In this document: positions 57,726 to 64,000 of the stretch, piece by piece
Numbering within the stretch: the first letter of the stretch is position 1
Layout: the number at the start of each line of letters is the position of its first letter
Source of the DNA: Eledone cirrhosa
Lineage: Eukaryota
Direction of reading: 5' to 3'
Assembly: GCA_964016885.1 (NCBI GenBank)
Contig: OZ024740.1
Location: 426,374,001-426,438,000, forward strand
Length of the DNA stretch: 64,000 nt
Notes under the pieces: model-generated
Seen by the model: only the letters and a program-made list of their open reading frames with translations
The model's database searches: none
Told to the model about the DNA's origin: nothing
Program-made: the position numbers and the translations under genes

Positions 57726-57947
57726 AAAAAAAGATGAAATCGAAAATGCAACTTGAGTCTTATTTAAAATAAAAAATATATATATTTATTTGGTTCCTTT
57801 ACCGGTTTCGCAGTTCTTCTGCCTTTCAAAAGTAGAGTTGAGATGGAGGGTCTGTGGTTTTTCTCACATCTGGTTGGTCTCTGAATGTTACTTGTTTTAC
57901 ATGGAAAAAAGTGGCTCGAAACGCCAGGTTTTTAGAGAAGTAAATTT
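57722..57947 (-). mobile_element. Copy of the Penelope-like terminus (27362-27585)
   Basis: High reverse-complement similarity, including the HHR region. Confidence 0.82.
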
Positions 57948-58093
57948 CTATATATATAGTTCAAGGAAACGACATAACAGAGGTAGAAAAGTCTTATTAG
58001 TTTCACACTTTATATGGAACAGGGGAAAGGAAGTTTGACGTGTCGGACTTTAGATCTTCTACAGGAGTACAATAACGGAGACATGATCACAAA

Positions 58094-58130
<37 letters not shown>

Positions 58131-58227
58131 TGTGTGTGTGTATATATATACATACACATATATATGCATATATATACGTAAATATATACATATACATTCT
58201 AATAATTACATGCACACCAACACAAAC

Positions 58228-58339
<112 letters not shown>

Positions 58340-59111
58340 GTGCGTGTGTGTGTATGTGTGTTTATAAGGAGAATGGATATGAATTTAACGAAACAATATA
58401 ATATACATAATACTATTATAAACAACATAAACATACATACATATATATATACATTTATACATACATACATATATACACACATTCATACATACATTCATAC
58501 ATACATACAGTCATACATTCATACATACATACATACATTATACATACATACGTACATACATACATTCATACATACATACATTCATACATACATTCATACA
58601 TACATATATACATTCATACATACATACACGCATAGACATACTTTCATATATACATACATATATATGTACATATTTACATACACACATATATATATATATA
58701 TAAATGCATATTTACATACACACATATATACACACACACATACATACACACACACCCAAATTCATGTATTCATAGATAGAAATAAAGAGATAGCTAATCT
58801 GTAGTATTAAAAATGTTTCCATCACATATCGAAGCCGATTATAAAATTTGTGAAATGATTATGACGTATGATTCATATACAGTTCTTTGTTATTGTTTTT
58901 TTTTACTGGATAAGTCAAAATGGCAGCAGAAATGGGATAATTTCCCGAGAAATTCTCATGTCCAATGCATTTCCTGTCAAGATACTTAAATAATGAAGAT
59001 TTGATAACATATGCCAGGCGTTACTAATTTTACGCTCTTTTCAGAATATTACATTTTTTCCAATGTTAAGTGATTTGTCGAATTATGATTTAAACTTGAA
59101 TAACTTGAATT

Positions 59112-59177
<66 letters not shown>

Positions 59178-59219
59178 CTCCCCCTCTCTCTCTCACTCTT
59201 TCTCCCCCTTCTCTCTCTC

Positions 59220-59274
<55 letters not shown>

Positions 59275-59383
59275 ATGTATCCATCTATGTAGCTAGCTAT
59301 CAATCTATCTATATATTGATTTAACATTCCTTTTATATTCTTCCTCTTTCCCAATCTCCCTCCTCCTTTCTTCCCCCTCTCTC

Positions 59384-59432
<49 letters not shown>

Positions 59433-60039
59433 GACTTACCATTAAACAACTTGGAACAACACCATTATCCACCCTCTGTTCTCCCTCCAGGAACCTGCAC
59501 TGCATATATTCAGCTGGGCTTACCCCCACACTGCCAGACAGATCTTTGGATAATTTCACAGAACCGCCGCTTATACCCAAACAACCTCTTAGACAACTGA
59601 TCATATAATTATACAAATTCCATCTAAAGTGACTTTACCTTTCTAGGCCTTCAAACTCACACTGAACTTGCCACAAGTTAAACTTGTGTATAGTATTTAA
59701 TGACTTTACTAATAATTTATACTTATACTCACACCTTAACACCGCCTCATTACATTGAGTCGACTAACCCTACTTACATTAACTACCTTTAAATAATAAA
59801 TAAAATGTCTTACTGTGCCGGTCGCGGTCATTAGTTTGACAAGTAATATTACACCAACACCGGTAAATACCACCCTTAGCATACAAACACCTTTTCACCA
59901 TTTTTCTATACTTAACAACGTATATGCCATATGCATTCTCATGTTAAAGTATTATTCTTTCATTAATCATTTTGCCTATATATATATACATTTAGGTTTG
60001 TTGATTCACCACTGGATAGAACTGGTCATTCCGTATGGT

Positions 60040-60412
60040 CAACCTCGATGTAATATTAGGGAGAGCACTCAACGTAATGCAACTGACCCGTCTTCATTTG
60101 TGTAGTTGGTGGTGCGAGTACGGAGTTAATTATTATAAAATAACACAAGGCTGGACTGGTGTAATTCCTTAAATGGTTTATTATACTATGATCATTTCAT
60201 GACCGGGTTCAGTATGAATCCGATGACATCATCAGGTATTCGAAATACAAAAAAGGAATATATGATTTTCAACCCCATGGATTTTGTCTATTATATTCCT
60301 CTGTTATATTTTGAATACCTGATGATATCAACGGATTCATACTGAAACCGGTCATTGAAATGATCATAGTATAATAAACCTTTTAAGGAATTACACCAGT
60401 CCAGCCTCCTGT

Positions 60413-60425
<13 letters not shown>
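60040..60425. mobile_element. Fold-back element with an atypical HHR-like motif
   Basis: Arms ~60137-60262 and ~60293-60418; CTGATGA (60319-60325) ... GAAACCGGTC (60344-60353), but helices I and II are imperfect. Confidence 0.7.
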
Positions 60426-60484
<59 letters not shown>

Positions 60485-60487
<3 letters not shown>

Positions 60488-61016
60488 TTATTTTGGTCGT
60501 TTTGGAAGCCTCAACAATGCAGATGGGAACATCTCCGGGTAACAGAGTCCGGTGGTGAAGAGAGAGATGTAAGGGAATGTAAAATGAGATGTATAGTGTG
60601 TAGAGGAACGTAGGAAAGAGTGTAAAAATAAAAATAATAACACCAGATAGAGTTACCTTAGGAGAGATTTAATTGTCCCTATATTTCGGATTCGCATCCA
60701 TTATCTGGGGGTTTTCCGTCCGACAGATAACTCCCCCTCCCCGGACCCCCCAGTTGATGGATGCGAATCCGAAATATAGGGACAATTAAATCTCTCCCAA
60801 GGTAACTCTATCTCGTGAAATTATTTTTATTTTTACGCACTTTCCTAATTTCCTCTACACACTATACATCTCAACCTACATTCCCTTACATATCTCTCTT
60901 CACCACTGGATTCTGTTACCCGGAGATTTACCCATCTGCATTGTTGAGGCTTCCAAAACGACCAAAATAAATCAATCTTATTATTCCACAATGCTCCAAG
61001 AAAGCTTCAATTCTCT

Positions 61017-61020
<4 letters not shown>
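60485..61020. mobile_element. Fold-back element (~225-bp arms) inside (TA)n with a variant HHR-like motif
   Basis: Arms ~60487-60711 and ~60746-60972; CCC-CAGTTGA-TGGAT-GCGA-ATCC-GAAA-TATA-GGG; related fragment at 25539-25640. Confidence 0.8.
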
Positions 61021-61075
<55 letters not shown>

Positions 61076-61081
<6 letters not shown>

Positions 61082-62311
61082 GACGTAAAATAAGAAAATT
61101 ATAAAAATTAACTTACTTACTAAAATTTCACTCCAACTAATTAGTTTCCGAACAAACGTTCGGAGAAGCCTTTCGTCATCAGGGAAGTCTATTCTCAGCT
61201 AAGTTTCCAGGCGATGCGTGAAAACAGGGAACTTATACAAAAATAATTCAGTGGATGGAAAAAAGCAAAGCGTGGACTAAGTTTCAAGCCATTGAAAAAA
61301 TCACTGCCTACTGCGTCGGTGGCAAATTCAAAAGAATCAATAACGTGACATCGAGGTTAATCAGTGAGGAGTGGTTTGTTAAGAAGACAGCAGCCGAACC
61401 ATTACTATGAACTATAGTAGCAGTTTTGGCCAATTTTGGCTCAACCAAATAATTTGGAGATAATTATAAAGAATTAGTATATCTACTAACATATATATAC
61501 AGATGCATACTTATGCCAGCAAATATATAGGTTTTGTCTTAGTAACTGTGTGGTTCAATGCATGGGGATGTAGAACAATAATATGAAAGACGTAAAATAA
61601 GAAAATTATAAAAATTAACTTACTTACTAAAATTTCACTCCAACTAATTAGTTTCTGAAAGGGAATAAACATAGTTTCCGAAGAAACGTCCGGAGAAGCC
61701 TTTCGTCATCAGGGAAGTCTATTCTCAGCTAAGTTTCCAGGCGATGCGTGGACACAGGGAGCTTATACAAAAATAATTCAGTGGATGGAAAAAAGCAAAG
61801 CGTGGACTAAGTTCCAAGCCATTGAAAAAATCACTGCCTACTGCGTCGGTGGCAAATTCAAAAGAATCAATCACGTGACATCACTGATTAACCTCGATGT
61901 CACGTGATTGATTCTTTTGAATTTGCCACCGACGCAGTAGGCAGTGATTTTCTCAATGGCTAGGAATTTAGTTCACGCTTTGCTTTTTTCTATCCACTGA
62001 ATAACTTTTGTATAAGCTCCCTGTGTCCACGCATCGCCTGGAAACTTAGCTGAGAATAGACTTCCCTGATGACGAAAGGCTTCTCCGTACGTTTCTTCGG
62101 AAACTATGTTTATTCCCTTTCAGAAACTAATTAGTTGGAGTGAAATTTTAGTAAGTTAATTTTTATAATTTTCTTATTTTACGTCTTTCATATTATTGTT
62201 CTGCATCCCCATGCATTGAACCACAAAGTTACTAAGACAAAACCTATATATTTGCTGGCATAAGTATGCATCTGTATATATATGTTAGTAGATATACTAA
62301 TTCTTTATAAT
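61076..62311. mobile_element. Retrozyme-like array: ~1.6 tandem units (~530 bp; 507 bp in the deleted copy) plus an inverted copy, inside (TA)n
   Basis: Units start at 61076 and 61583; inversion point at ~61882; inverted arm 61882-62311. Confidence 0.85.
62062..62140 (+). ncRNA. Hammerhead ribozyme with an enlarged stem II (copies at 61638-61716 minus and, with a deletion, 61131-61186 minus)
   Basis: TTCC-CTGATGA-C-GAAAGG...CCTTTC-A-GAAAC-TAATTA-GTT-GGAG. Confidence 0.82.
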
Positions 62312-62341
62312 ATATATATATTTATATATATATATATAAAG

Positions 62342-62398
<57 letters not shown>

Positions 62399-62412
62399 AG
62401 TGTGTGTATATA

Positions 62413-62479
<67 letters not shown>

Positions 62480-63145
62480 GTGTGTGTTTATGTATATATA
62501 TATATATGTCCGTGTGTATGTTTATGCGTGCATGCATGTATTTATGTGTGTGTGTAAACGAAGATAAATAATTTCCACCAAGTATTGAAACCGTTTCTTG
62601 CATCATGACTTAGTTAAAGTCAAAGAAGATGCTGTACCATTTTTAGTTATCCATAGTAGTATCAGTGGACATTATTGAGGGTTTACCTTGCTAATTAGGG
62701 AGTGTAACCTATCGGTAATTAATGCGAATTTATACTCTTTTACAGGTAAACTGTTCCAGCCATCGAACTGAGGCCACGCTGGGGCACCGCCCTTGGAAAT
62801 CTTAACACATGGAGTATATATGTTAATAATTAGAGACTGCATACGTCAGTAACTGACGAATATATAGGAACATGTATGTACATTAATTTGTCGCTTACTC
62901 AGAATATGGAGGGCACTCACTATAACACTTTTAAGGCCGCTGTGCGTAAGTTATCCTCAGGACGTAGGTTTAGGCCGAATTCATGCGACAAGTTGGACCC
63001 CACTAAATTGTCTCAAGTAAGAATACATGGTGTTAAACTAAGAGACTCTGATTGCCCTTCATTCTCATGGTCATCCCTAAATTCTAACCGTAAATTCTTC
63101 CTCACCAACAACTAATATTATTCGATTTTAAATTCTTTGCAGCTC

Positions 63146-64000
63146 TATAGATTATATATATAGGGATAAGAGTGTTTCAGGAGACCTTATAGATTATATA
63201 TATAGGGATAAGAGTGTTTCAGGAGACCTTATAGATTATATATATAGGGATAAGAGTGTTTCAGGAGACCTTATAGATTATATATATAGGGATAAGAGTG
63301 TTTCAGGAGACCTTATAGATTATATATATAGGGATAAGAGTGTTTCAGGAGACCTTATAGATTATATATATAGGGATAAGAGTGTTTCAGGAGACCTTAT
63401 AGATTATATATATAGGGATAAGAGTGTTTCAGGAGACCTTATAGATTATATATATAGGGATAAGAGTGTTTCAGGAGACCTTATAGATTATATATATAGG
63501 GATAAGAGTGTTTCAGGAGACCTTATAGATTATATATATAGGGATAAGAGTGTTTCAGGAGACCTTATAGATTATATATATAGGGATAAGAGTGTTTCAG
63601 GAGACCTTATAGATTATATATATAGGGATAAGAGTGTTTCAGGAGACCTTATAGATTATATATATAGGGATAAGAGTGTTTCAGGAGACCTTATAGATTA
63701 TATATATAGGGATAAGAGTGTTTCAGGAGACCTTATAGATTATATATATAGGGATAAGAGTGTTTCAGGAGACCTTATAGATTATATATATAGGGATAAG
63801 AGTGTTTCAGGAGACCTTATAGATTATATATATAGGGATAAGAGTGTTTCAGGAGACCTTATAGATTATATATATAGGGATAAGAGTGTTTCAGGAGACC
63901 TTATAGATTATATATATAGGGATAAGAGTGTTTCAGGAGACCTTATAGATTATATATATAGGGATAAGAGTGTTTCAGGAGACCTTATAGATTATATATA
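63146..64000. repeat. Perfect 42-bp minisatellite, >20 copies, runs off the right edge
   Basis: Unit TATAGATTATATATATAGGGATAAGAGTGTTTCAGGAGACCT; no variants seen. Confidence 0.98.

Noticed and set aside
62876-63115. 79-aa ORF
   Set aside because: Short, no recognisable domain, and no supporting gene structure.

Overview
Eukaryotic, AT-rich, essentially non-genic repetitive DNA. The SINE type and the microsatellite density suggest an octopus/coleoid cephalopod (inference from recall). Positions 1-21545 are a 29-bp satellite array with kb-scale higher-order duplications. Positions 21.5-64 kb contain microsatellites, minisatellites, tRNA-derived SINEs and decayed LINE fragments (L1/Tx1-like, RTE-like, R4/Dong-like). 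I found no intact host gene; almost all listed ORFs are microsatellite translations. The main signal is a dense cluster of short non-coding elements from many different families, most sitting in or against (TA)n tracts. Most form fold-back inverted repeats or 467-593 bp tandem units and carry a type I hammerhead ribozyme (HHR) with a palindromic helix III. I could fold about 20 HHR copies by eye, including UUGANAA (U3-A8) core variants and versions with ~50-105 nt stem II regions. One element retains a Penelope-type GIY-YIG endonuclease remnant. The working interpretation is a (TA)n-associated Penelope/retrozyme-like system. All folding and homology calls were made by eye, so boundaries are approximate.
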